NCBI GenBank assembly: GCA_021413965.1
Contig: JAIOPI010000021.1
Location: 220,671 to 284,670 of the forward strand
Source of the DNA: Lentisphaerota bacterium
GTDB taxonomy: Bacteria > Verrucomicrobiota > Kiritimatiellia > UBA8416 > JAIOPI01
Direction of reading: 5' to 3'
DNA: 64,000 bases
Part shown: positions 50,727 through 59,684 of the stretch, one piece after another
Position numbering within the stretch: the stretch's first letter is position 1
Layout: every line of letters starts with the position of its first letter
Position numbers and translations under genes: made by a program
The notes under the pieces: generated by a model
Database searches by the model: none
What the model saw: only the letters and a program-made list of their open reading frames with translations
Told to the model about the DNA's origin: nothing

Positions 50727-51968
50727 ATGACCACCGTTTCTGAAGCAGAAGCCCTGATCCTTGCCGCGGTGCCCCAGGCCGCGGCGGTTGATGTTCCGCT
50801 CGCCGATGCGCGCGGCGCGGTGCTGCGCGAGCCCCTCACGGCCGATCGCCCCTTCCCCCCCTACAACCGTGTGGCCATGGACGGGATTGCGCTGTCGCAC
50901 GCCACGTGGGCCGGCGGCGGGCGCGCCTTTCCCGTGGCAGGCGTGGTGCGTGCCGGCGAAGCGCCGCGCGCACTGCCGGATCCCTCGCAGTGCCTCGAAA
51001 TCATGACCGGTGCCGTGCTGCCGCCGGGCTGCGACTGCGTGGTGCCCGTCGAGCAACTTGTCGTCGCGGGCGGCGTGGCCACGCTGCGCGACGGGGTGGC
51101 TGTGGATCCCATGCAGCATGTGCATCGCCTGGGTTCCGATCGACCTGCCGGCGCCACTCTGCTGAACGCCGGCACGATGCTCTGGGGGCCGGCATGCGCC
51201 GTGGCCGCCTCTGTCGGTAACACGCACCTGCGCGTGTCGTCATCCCCCCGCATCACGATCGTGAGCACCGGCGACGAACTGGTTCCGGTGGAGGCCACGC
51301 CGCTGCCTCACCAGGTGCGCCGTTCCAATGCGTACGCGCTGGGCGCCGCGCTGGCGACGGCAGGCTTCACCGACATCCGCACCGCGCACGCGCCCGACGA
51401 TCCGGCGGCGATCGCCCGCACGCTGCGCGCGGCGCTGGCCGACAGCCGGTTCATCGTGCTGTCCGGCGGCGTGTCGGAGGGCCGCTTCGACCACGTACCC
51501 GGCGTGCTCGCCACGCTGGGTGTCGTCCAGCGCCTGCATAAGGTCAGCCAGCGTCCCGGCAAGCCGCTATGGTTTGGGATCGGCCCCGACGGGCAGGCCG
51601 TCTTCGGGCTGCCGGGCAATCCGGTTTCAGCCGCCGTCTGCCTGTACCGGTACGTCCTGCCCGCATTGTGGCGGCATGTCGGGGCCGGCCTGCGATCCGC
51701 GGACGCGCGCCCGCGGGCCGTGCTGACGGTGGAGGTGCGATTCAAGAAGCCGTTGACCTTGTTTCAACCGGTGCGGGTGTGCGAGCATACAGACGGACGG
51801 CGCCTCGCCACGCCGGTTCCCATGAACGGGTCCGGCGACCTGGCGGGACTGGCCGTCAGCGATGGCGTGCTGGAGCTTCCCGACGGCGGCCGCACCTTCG
51901 CCGCGGGCGAAGCGCACGTGATCTGGCTGTGGGCCGATCCGTATGGCATGCTGATGCAGACCGGTTGA
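50727..51968 (+). CDS. moeA: Molybdopterin molybdotransferase
   Basis: NRVAMDGIAL, TGDEL, GGVSEGRFDHV (MPT-binding), LPGNPVSA. Confidence 0.9.
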   Translation: MTTVSEAEALILAAVPQAAAVDVPLADARGAVLREPLTADRPFPPYNRVAMDGIALSHATWAGGGRAFPVAGVVRAGEAPRALPDPSQCLEIMTGAVLPPGCDCVVPVEQLVVAGGVATLRDGVAVDPMQHVHRLGSDRPAGATLLNAGTMLWGPACAVAASVGNTHLRVSSSPRITIVSTGDELVPVEATPLPHQVRRSNAYALGAALATAGFTDIRTAHAPDDPAAIARTLRAALADSRFIVLSGGVSEGRFDHVPGVLATLGVVQRLHKVSQRPGKPLWFGIGPDGQAVFGLPGNPVSAAVCLYRYVLPALWRHVGAGLRSADARPRAVLTVEVRFKKPLTLFQPVRVCEHTDGRRLATPVPMNGSGDLAGLAVSDGVLELPDGGRTFAAGEAHVIWLWADPYGMLMQTG

Positions 51969-52043
51969 TCGACGTGTCGCGGCGGCAGGCTTTCGCCCCT
52001 GCTGCCGAATGAGAGGGCATGAACGTCTGCCCCGCGAGGATGT

Positions 52044-52535
52044 ATGAAATCGAAAGCCAAGCTCTCCCACATCGATGCCGCCAACCAGCCGCGAATGGTG
52101 GATGTCGGCGCCAAGGCCTACACGCGGCGTGAGGCCACGGCGCGGTCGGTGGTGGTGGCGCCGCCCGCAGTCATGCGCCTGCTGGCCGATGGGGAACTGC
52201 GCGGCCCCAAGGGGCCCGTCTTTCAAACGGCGATCATCGCCGGGACGCAGGCCGTCAAGCGCACCAGCGACCTGATTCCGTTCTGCCATCCGCTGCCCAT
52301 CGAGCATTGCCGCATCACGATTGCGGTGAACGCGGAGCAGGAAATCGAAATTGAGTGCACGGTGGGCGTCGAGCACAAGACGGGCGTGGAAATGGAAGCC
52401 CTGGTGGGCGCGTCGGTGGCCGCGCTCACGGTTTACGACATGTGCAAGGCGGTCTCGCACGATATCCGCATCCGCGAGACGCGCCTGCTTCGCAAGCGCG
52501 GTGGCATGCGCGATGTAACAGCGGCGTCAAGCTGA
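52044..52535 (+). CDS. moaC: Cyclic pyranopterin monophosphate synthase
   Basis: [25 protein letters not shown] ... [24 protein letters not shown]. Confidence 0.9.
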   Translation: MKSKAKLSHIDAANQPRMVDVGAKAYTRREATARSVVVAPPAVMRLLADGELRGPKGPVFQTAIIAGTQAVKRTSDLIPFCHPLPIEHCRITIAVNAEQEIEIECTVGVEHKTGVEMEALVGASVAALTVYDMCKAVSHDIRIRETRLLRKRGGMRDVTAASS

Positions 52536-52554
52536 CGAGCGGGAAGCACGTGGT

Positions 52555-53772
52555 ATGAAGCCGTACTTCCATCCCTTTGAACTGGCGGTCTGCGGCTACT
52601 CGGGCTCGGGCAAGACCACCCTGCTCACGCGCCTGATCGCACACCTGGCGCCGACCCTGCGCCTGGGCTATGCCAAGCACAGCGGCCACGCGTTCACGCT
52701 CGACCAAGCCGGCAAGGACACGGCCCGCGCCCGCGACGCCGGCGCCGTTCGGATCTTCATCACCAACGACCGCGCCACGGCGCTGACCACCGGGGAGCCG
52801 CTGGACGTTGTGCAGCGCCGCACGATGTTCGACGATTGCGATGCGGTCCTGGTGGAAGGATGGAAGTCGAGTCCGTTGCCGCGGTTGGTGATGATCGATG
52901 CGCAGGGCGCGATCCTGGAGCCGGACACGGCGGATGCGCACGCGTCAGACCGGACGGCTCGGCGGGACGCCTCGCCCCACCAGTCTGAACAGGCAAAAGG
53001 GCGGGGCGAGCCGTCCCGGCGAGCCGCGCAGGACGAGGCCGGCCCCGTCATTGGGTGGGTGGGGGCTCATGCGATCCGCCCTGCCGCCATCCCGGGCGAC
53101 GCGCCGTACGTTCAGCGCGACGACATCGGGGGCATCGCGGCGCTGGTCACACGCCATTTTGACGGCCTGGCGGGCGGCACCCCGCTCTACGGGCTGATCC
53201 TGGCCGGCGGCCGAAGCACGCGCATGCAACGCGACAAGGCCCTGCTTGCCTATCGCGGCCGCACCCAGGTGGAGCACATGTACGATCTCGTGGGGCGCCG
53301 CTGCGCGAGCACCTTCGTATCGGCGCGAGCCGGGCAGTGGGCCGCGGCGCCGTTTGCCGCGCTGCCCCAGATCCACGACACCATCCAGGAATGCGGGCCG
53401 ACGGGGGGCATCCTGTCCGCCATGCAGGCGCACCCGGAGGCGGCGTGGCTGGTCGTGGCCTGCGATCTGCCTTATCTCGACGGCGCCACGCTGGATGCAC
53501 TCATCCGCCAGCGCGCGCCGCTGAAGGTGGCCACGGCCTACACGAGTTCAAGCGACGGCCTGCCGGAACCGCTCTGCGCGATTTACGAACCCCGCGCCCG
53601 CAGCCGGCTGTTCCAATTCGTCGCCATCGGGTACACTTGTCCGCGCAAGATGCTGATCAACTCCAATGCGCGCCTGCTGGCGTTGGCCAATCCGCGCGCG
53701 CTGGACAACGTGAACCGGCCCGAGGAGTATGAGCGGGCCATGCGGGAATTGGGCGAGTCTGGCAAAGCCTGA
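52555..53772 (+). CDS. mobA: Fused MobB (GTP-binding) - MobA (molybdenum cofactor guanylyltransferase)
   Basis: N-terminus AVCGYSGSGKTTLLTRLI is the MobB P-loop; C-terminus LILAGGRSTRMQRDKALL, LVVACDLPYL is MobA. It is a single 405-aa ORF. Confidence 0.85.
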   Translation: MKPYFHPFELAVCGYSGSGKTTLLTRLIAHLAPTLRLGYAKHSGHAFTLDQAGKDTARARDAGAVRIFITNDRATALTTGEPLDVVQRRTMFDDCDAVLVEGWKSSPLPRLVMIDAQGAILEPDTADAHASDRTARRDASPHQSEQAKGRGEPSRRAAQDEAGPVIGWVGAHAIRPAAIPGDAPYVQRDDIGGIAALVTRHFDGLAGGTPLYGLILAGGRSTRMQRDKALLAYRGRTQVEHMYDLVGRRCASTFVSARAGQWAAAPFAALPQIHDTIQECGPTGGILSAMQAHPEAAWLVVACDLPYLDGATLDALIRQRAPLKVATAYTSSSDGLPEPLCAIYEPRARSRLFQFVAIGYTCPRKMLINSNARLLALANPRALDNVNRPEEYERAMRELGESGKA

Positions 53773-53838
53773 TCGTGTTCAGGGGCGGGCGCGGTGCCAT
53801 CCGCGGCATTTGCCGGCGTGAGGATACGTGAGGAGCAC

Positions 53839-54081
53839 ATGATGACCATCCACGTCCGCTATTTCGCCGCTCTGCGGGAGCAGGCGGGGCGGTCCGAGGA
53901 GTCTGTGGAGACCACGGCCGCAACGCCGGCCGCGCTGTATGCGGAGCTGGCCCCGCGCCGCGGGCTGACGCTGGATGAAAAGATTCTGCGTGTGTCGATT
54001 AACGACCGCTACGCCGACATGCAGGGCGGGCTGCAGAGTGGCGACCGCATCGCCTTCATCCCGCCCGTGTCGGGAGGGTGA
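53839..54081 (+). CDS. moaD: Molybdopterin synthase sulfur-carrier subunit
   Basis: GAGGAG SD; MMTIHVRYFAALRE ... the C-terminus ends in GG. Confidence 0.8.
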   Translation: MMTIHVRYFAALREQAGRSEESVETTAATPAALYAELAPRRGLTLDEKILRVSINDRYADMQGGLQSGDRIAFIPPVSGG

Positions 54082-54187
54082 GGGCCCGTGGTCGGGCGGG
54101 GCGCCAATTATGAGCGCGTGATCAACCGGTTTCCGAGTCTTGCAAGGAATGCATATTGCGTTGGAATCGAACGCCAAACCTGAACCC

Positions 54188-55807
54188 ATGTTCACCATCA
54201 CAGATCACCCCATCGACGCGGCCGGCTTAAAGGCCGCCATGGCCCACCCCGAAGCCGGGGCGTATGCGGAATTCGAGGGCTGGGTGCGCAATCATAACGA
54301 GGGGCGCGCCGTGTCCGCCCTCGACTATGAGGCGTACGCCGAGCTGGCCGCCGCCGAAGGTGGCGCGATACTGGAGGAGCTGCGCAGCGAGTGTGAGATC
54401 ATCGACGCGCGCTGCGTGCACCGCGTCGGCCATTTGCGCATCGGCGAGATGGCCGTGTGGGTGGGCGTCACCGCGCGGCACCGTGAGGCGGCTTTCCGCG
54501 CCTGTCGCGCCATCATCGATGCCGTGAAAGCCCGCGTCCCGATCTGGAAGAAGGAGCACTACGCTGATGGCACGGCCGAATGGGTGAGCTGCGTGGCGTG
54601 TGCGAAGCACGGGCGTGAGGCGTTGGCCGGCCATCGGTCGCCTGTGCCCGGTTCGTGTTCGCCGGCGCCTGCCCGCCCTCAGCCGAACGTGCCGCACCCC
54701 GCCGAGGTCACCGAGGCTGCCTTCTACCGCCGCCAGATGGCGCTGCCGGAAGTCGGGATTGCCGGGCAGGAGAAGCTCAGGGCGGCGCGGGTCCTTGTCG
54801 TCGGGGCTGGCGGGTTGGGCTGCCCTGCGCTCAGCTACCTCGCCGCCGCGGGCGTCGGGCACCTCACCGTGTGCGATGGCGACCTGGTGGACGCGACGAA
54901 TCTGCACCGCCAGGTGCTCTTCAATGCCGCCGATGTCGGGCGCAACAAGGCCGAGGTCGCGGCCGAGCGGCTGCGGGCACAGAACCCGTTCATCACGGTG
55001 ACGGCCCTCACGGAACGCTGCGCGCCCGAGCACGCACGGGAGCACCTGAAGGCGTTTGATGTGGTGCTGGATTGCACGGATAACTTCAGTTCCAAGTTTC
55101 TTATTCACGACGCGTGCTACCTGGAGCGCCGGCCCCTCGTGCAGGCGTCGCTCTATCAGTTTGAGGGGCAGCTTCAGGTGTTCCGGCCGGGTTCAGGAGC
55201 GGGGTGCCTGCGCTGCCTCTGGCCGGCCGTGCCCGAGGATGGTTGCGTCGGCACGTGCGCGGACGTCGGCGTGCTGGGCGTCGTCGCCGGTGTGCTCGGC
55301 ACGTTGCAGGCCACCGAGGCCCTGAAGGTGATCCTGGGCATGCCCGACGTCTGCGATTCGCACACCCTGCTTGTCGATGTGGCCGCGCTGGACTTCCGCC
55401 GCATTGCGCGCGACCGCCACCCGCGCTGCCCGCTCTGCGGCGAGGCGCCGACCATTTGCGACGTCACGGCCACGGGGCCCGCGGTGCTTCCCTCCACGGG
55501 GTGGAGCGTGGATGCGCGGATCCTGACGGCCGCTCAACTGGCGCAGTTTCAGGTTGTGGACATTCGCGCGGAGGGGGAGCGCCTGGGAAACCCGGAGTGG
55601 GTGCAGCGCCTGCCCCGCCTGGACTGGACGGATGCGGATGCCTTCATGCGCCTCCCGCCCGATCGCCCGTACCTGCTGTGCTGCGCGCACGGCGTTCGCA
55701 GCAGGGCTCTCGTGGATCACTTGCGCCGTGCCGGTCATGCCAATTTTTTCACACTCATTCAGGGCATCGACGCACTGGCCCCGTTGATGGAGGGGATGCA
55801 GAGGTAA
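54188..55807 (+). CDS. moaE: Fused MoaE (molybdopterin synthase catalytic subunit) - MoeB/ThiF adenylyltransferase - rhodanese
   Basis: N-terminus GAYAEFEGWVRNHNEGR ... VPIWKKEHY is MoaE; the middle VLVVGAGGLGCPALSYLAAAGVG, CxxC pairs is ThiF/MoeB; the C-terminus CCAHGVRSRA is rhodanese. The start is ambiguous: TTG 54140, ATG 54149 or ATG 54188. Confidence 0.8.
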   Translation: MFTITDHPIDAAGLKAAMAHPEAGAYAEFEGWVRNHNEGRAVSALDYEAYAELAAAEGGAILEELRSECEIIDARCVHRVGHLRIGEMAVWVGVTARHREAAFRACRAIIDAVKARVPIWKKEHYADGTAEWVSCVACAKHGREALAGHRSPVPGSCSPAPARPQPNVPHPAEVTEAAFYRRQMALPEVGIAGQEKLRAARVLVVGAGGLGCPALSYLAAAGVGHLTVCDGDLVDATNLHRQVLFNAADVGRNKAEVAAERLRAQNPFITVTALTERCAPEHAREHLKAFDVVLDCTDNFSSKFLIHDACYLERRPLVQASLYQFEGQLQVFRPGSGAGCLRCLWPAVPEDGCVGTCADVGVLGVVAGVLGTLQATEALKVILGMPDVCDSHTLLVDVAALDFRRIARDRHPRCPLCGEAPTICDVTATGPAVLPSTGWSVDARILTAAQLAQFQVVDIRAEGERLGNPEWVQRLPRLDWTDADAFMRLPPDRPYLLCCAHGVRSRALVDHLRRAGHANFFTLIQGIDALAPLMEGMQR

Positions 55808-55901
55808 GGAGCCGGGGCTTCTGCGCCTCTGCGAGTCTATTCGATCAGCAACGGATCTCCGCCAGGCCGGACCGAAACCGACAGCCGGACATCCCGATCA
55901 T

Positions 55902-56654
55902 GTGTTTCCCATGTCGCTCCTTGCCGCACTCTTCTTTGGCGTCGCACTGCTCTATGCCATGGTGGGCTTTGGCGGCGGGTCGTCGTACGTGGCCTTTCTG
56001 GCGTTGTTCGACCGGCCGTACCAGGACATCCCGCAGGTGGCGCTGGTCTGCAACATGATCGTGGTAACGGGCGGTACGCTTCACTTCCTGCGCCAGGGCC
56101 ATTTTCGCTGGCCCTTGTTCTGGCCGTTCGTGGTCTCGTCCGTGCCATTGGCCTTTCTGGGCGGGCGCCTGCCGCTCAGCAAGACGGTATTCCTGGGCCT
56201 CCTGGGCGGCAGCCTGGTGGTGGCGGGGCTGCGGTTGCTGCTCCTGAAGAGCGGGATAGAAGGCGAGGGGGCCGATCGACGCCCGCCGCTGCCCGGCGCC
56301 CTGGCACTGGGCGGCGGCCTCGGCTTTCTGTCGGGGCTGGTCGGCATCGGCGGCGGCATCTTCCTCTCGCCCGCGATGATGAACCTGCGCTGGGGGCGCC
56401 CCAAGCAGATTGCCGCGACGGCTTCCGCGTTCATTCTCGTGAACTCCGTCTCCGGTCTGCTGGGGCAGATCGCAAAACGTGGCGGGGTCGGCGAGGTGGT
56501 GCCCTACTGGCCGCTCTTCCTTGCCGTGCTGGTCGGCGGCCAGCTGGGCAGCTGCCTCGGCGCCGGCGCGCTGCCCCAGCGCTGGGTCCGCCTCCTGACC
56601 GCGGCGCTGGTGCTGTGGGTCGGCACGCGGGTGCTGTGGAAGGCCCTTGGGTAG
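55902..56654 (+). CDS. Sulfite exporter TauE/SafE family membrane protein
   Basis: Two halves, each with the GxGGG motif (MVGFGGGSSY; LVGIGGGIFLSP); the start is GTG 55902 or ATG 55911. Confidence 0.8.
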   Translation: MFPMSLLAALFFGVALLYAMVGFGGGSSYVAFLALFDRPYQDIPQVALVCNMIVVTGGTLHFLRQGHFRWPLFWPFVVSSVPLAFLGGRLPLSKTVFLGLLGGSLVVAGLRLLLLKSGIEGEGADRRPPLPGALALGGGLGFLSGLVGIGGGIFLSPAMMNLRWGRPKQIAATASAFILVNSVSGLLGQIAKRGGVGEVVPYWPLFLAVLVGGQLGSCLGAGALPQRWVRLLTAALVLWVGTRVLWKALG

Positions 56655-56662
56655 GGACGGAC

Positions 56663-58153
56663 CTACGCCTTCAGCAGGTCGTTGATGGACGCCGCGGCCC
56701 GGCGGCCTTCCCCCATGGCCAGGATGACGGTCGCCGCGCCGAGCACGATGTCGCCGCCCGCAAAGACCCGCTCGATGGAGGTCTTGCCGGTCTCGTCCAC
56801 GATGACCGTGCCCCACGGCGTGACCTTGAGGCCCTGCGTCGTGCGCTGGATCAGGGGATTGGATTCGTTTCCGATGGCCACGATCACCGTGTCCACCTCC
56901 ATCATGAACTCGCTGCCCTTGATTTCCACCGGGCGGCGTCGGCCGGAGGCGTCGGGTTCCCCGAGTTCGTAGCGCACGCACGCCATGCCCTTCACGCATC
57001 CGTAGTCATCCCCGATGATGCGCTTGGCATTCTGGAGCAGGTGGAACTGCACGCCTTCCTCACCGGCATGCGCCACCTCCTCGACGCGTGCGGGCATCTC
57101 GGCCTGCGTGCGCCGGTACACGAGGTGGACCTCGGCGGCGCCGAGGCGCAGCGCCGTGCGCGCGGCGTCCATGGCGACGTTGCCGCCCCCGAGCACGGCC
57201 ACCTTGCGCGAGGCGTAAATCGGCGTGTCGGCGCGCCCCTTGTCATAGGCCTTCATCAGGTTGGCGCGGGTGAGATACTCGTTGGCCGAGAAGACGCCCA
57301 CCAGGTTCTCGCCTTCGATCTCCATGAACTTCGGCAGCCCGGCGCCGGTGCCGATGAACACGGCGTCAAAGCCGTCCTTCTCCAGCAGGTCCTGGAGCTT
57401 GCGGGTGCGCCCGATCAGGAAGTTGGTGTGGATCTCGACGCCCATGGCCGTCAGCGCATCGATCTCCGCCTGGACGATTTTCTTGGGCAGCCGGAATTCG
57501 GGGATGCCATAGATCATGACGCCGCCGGGCTTGTGAAACGCTTCGAACATGACCACGTGATGGCCCTCACGGCGCACGTCCGCGGCCACCGTGATGCTGG
57601 CGGGTCCCGTGCCGATCACGGCCACCTTGCGGCCGGTCTCGGGCTTGACCTCCGGGGGGCGGGCGTGGCCGCCGTCGCGCTCCAGGTCGGCGACAAAACG
57701 CTCCACGCGCCCGATGGACACGGCTTTGGCGGGGTCCTTCAGAACCTTGCCGAGCGTGCAGTTTTCCTGGCACTGCGATTCCTGCGGGCAGACGCGGCCG
57801 CAGACGGCCGGCAAGAGGCTGTTGCGCTTGATGATGGCGATGGCCGCCTTGAAATCCCCATCCGCCGCGGCCTTGAGGAATCCGGGGATGTCGATCCGCA
57901 CCGGGCAGCCATCCACGCAGGGCGCCGTCTTGCATTGCAGGCAGCGCAGCGACTCGACCTGGGTTTGCTCGGGGCTGTACCCCAGCGCCACTTCAGCCAT
58001 GTTCGCGCGGCGAACGTCCGCCGGCTGTGAGGGCATGTCCTGCAACGGAATCGCGCGGCGGTCGCGCGGCGTCAGGGGCTTGTCGCGCCGGCGCAGCGCC
58101 TCCAGTTCCCGGCGGGCGGCCTCGGCCAATTGTTCAGGGGTGTCGTGGCTCAC
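56663..58153 (-). CDS. NADPH-dependent glutamate synthase small-subunit-like oxidoreductase (NfnB/SudA-type)
   Basis: 2x[4Fe-4S] CLQCKTAPC ... CPQESQC, then FAD/NAD Rossmann folds (VAVIGTGPAS, VAVLGGGNVAMD). The GTG start overlaps the upstream stop (GTGA), which supports a start at 58153 rather than the track ATG at 58198. Confidence 0.85.
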   Translation of the reverse strand: MSHDTPEQLAEAARRELEALRRRDKPLTPRDRRAIPLQDMPSQPADVRRANMAEVALGYSPEQTQVESLRCLQCKTAPCVDGCPVRIDIPGFLKAAADGDFKAAIAIIKRNSLLPAVCGRVCPQESQCQENCTLGKVLKDPAKAVSIGRVERFVADLERDGGHARPPEVKPETGRKVAVIGTGPASITVAADVRREGHHVVMFEAFHKPGGVMIYGIPEFRLPKKIVQAEIDALTAMGVEIHTNFLIGRTRKLQDLLEKDGFDAVFIGTGAGLPKFMEIEGENLVGVFSANEYLTRANLMKAYDKGRADTPIYASRKVAVLGGGNVAMDAARTALRLGAAEVHLVYRRTQAEMPARVEEVAHAGEEGVQFHLLQNAKRIIGDDYGCVKGMACVRYELGEPDASGRRRPVEIKGSEFMMEVDTVIVAIGNESNPLIQRTTQGLKVTPWGTVIVDETGKTSIERVFAGGDIVLGAATVILAMGEGRRAAASINDLLKA

Positions 58154-59010
58154 GGTTTGGGCGACTCCCGGCTCGCAATCTCCGCGTCGAGGCGGCACCG
58201 GTGGTGGGCCTCCTCCTCCTGGCGCTTGTACGACTTGAGCCGTTGCATCATGTTGTCGAAATCCACGCGGTGGCCGTCAAACTCGGGCCCGTCCACGCAG
58301 ACAAATTTCGTCTTGCCGCCAACCGTCACGCGACAGCCGCCGCACATGCCCGTGCCGTCCACCATGATGGTGTTGAGCGACACCATGGTATGCACGCCGA
58401 AGGGGCGCGTCGCCTCCGAACAGGCCTTCATCATGATGGGCGGCCCGATGGCCACGGCCAGGTCGGGCTTGGGGTCCCGGCCGCAGAGTTCCTTCAGCGG
58501 CTCCGTCACCAGTCCGCGGCGCCCGTAGGAGCCGTCGTCCGTCACCACGATCAACTCGTCCGCGATGGCGCGCAGCTCGTCCTCGAGAATGACCAGGCTG
58601 CGCGTGCGGGCGCCGATGATGGCGATGACGCGGTTGCCGGCGTCGCGCATCCCTTTGGCGATGGGGTGCAGCGGGGCCACCCCGATGCCGCCGCCGACGC
58701 ACACCACCGTGCCGAACTTCTCAATGTGCGTCGGATGACCAAGCGGCCCCAGGATACTGGCGATATGGTCGCCTGCCAATTTGAGGGCGAGCGCGCGGGT
58801 CGTCTTACCCACGGTCTGGAAAATGATCGTGATCGATCCTTCGGCCGGATCGGCGTCGGCAATGGTAAGAGGGATGCGCTCCCCGAAATCGTTGTCGAGC
58901 TGCAGGATGATGAACTGGCCCGGCAGGCGTTCGCTCGCGATCAGCGGCGCGCTGACCTTCATCAGGAACACGGCATCCGACAGCTGGCGTTTGACGAGGA
59001 TTTTATTCAT
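58150..59010 (-). CDS. Ferredoxin-NADP(+) reductase-like subunit (NfnA/SudB/PyrK-type)
   Basis: MNKILVKRQLSDAVFLMKVSAP ... GGGIGVAPL ... the C-terminal 2Fe-2S C-cluster (GTGMCGGCRV). Confidence 0.85.
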   Translation of the reverse strand: MNKILVKRQLSDAVFLMKVSAPLIASERLPGQFIILQLDNDFGERIPLTIADADPAEGSITIIFQTVGKTTRALALKLAGDHIASILGPLGHPTHIEKFGTVVCVGGGIGVAPLHPIAKGMRDAGNRVIAIIGARTRSLVILEDELRAIADELIVVTDDGSYGRRGLVTEPLKELCGRDPKPDLAVAIGPPIMMKACSEATRPFGVHTMVSLNTIMVDGTGMCGGCRVTVGGKTKFVCVDGPEFDGHRVDFDNMMQRLKSYKRQEEEAHHRCRLDAEIASRESPKP

Positions 59011-59153
59011 GAAAGCGTCACCACCTCCCCCGCCCGTTCAGGACCACAGCGCAACCATCAAGTTTCCGCCTTCGCGCCGTCCGGTGCAAGCCGGAAGGCA
59101 AAATAGTTGACGGTTGAAATTGACCATGCCGCCGTGCGGAACTATTTTCGGGC

Positions 59154-59663
59154 ATGAGCAAGGCCTTCACGCGGGAGGATGATCGTGACGATGCTCCCGT
59201 CCTGCCACGCCCGGCTTCACCGCTGCCCCCCGGGGTGAAGAACTACCTGACGCCGGACGGCGCCCGGCGCCTGCGCGAGGAATTGACGCATCTCTCCGAC
59301 GTGGACCGCCCCCTGGTCGCGGCTCGACCGGAGGAGGAATCGGCCCGGCGGCAGCTTCACGTGATCGATCAGCGCCTGGACTATCTGCAGGCAAGCCTGC
59401 GCACGGCCGAGGTGGTGCGTCCCCCGGCGGAGCCCCCTGTTCAGGTCCGCTTCGGTACCACGGTGACCGTGCGCGACAGCCGTGGCCGGCAGCAGCGCTA
59501 TCGTATCGTGGGCGTGGATGAAACCGACACGGACCGGGGCTGGGTGAGCTGGCGCTCCCCCGTGGCCACCGCCCTGCTCAAGAGCCGCGTGGGCGACTGC
59601 GTCCTCCTGCGCTCGCCAGAAGGCGACGAGGCGCTCGACGTCCTCGACATCGTCTACGAGTGA
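59154..59663 (+). CDS. GreA/GreB-family transcription elongation factor homolog
   Basis: MSKAFTREDD ... YLTPDGARRLREEL is a coiled coil, followed by the C-terminal FKBP-like domain (RFGTTVTVRD ... VSWRSPVATALLKSRVGDCV). Confidence 0.75.
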   Translation: MSKAFTREDDRDDAPVLPRPASPLPPGVKNYLTPDGARRLREELTHLSDVDRPLVAARPEEESARRQLHVIDQRLDYLQASLRTAEVVRPPAEPPVQVRFGTTVTVRDSRGRQQRYRIVGVDETDTDRGWVSWRSPVATALLKSRVGDCVLLRSPEGDEALDVLDIVYE

Positions 59664-59684
59664 CAGGCAGGGAGGGTGGCGCCC

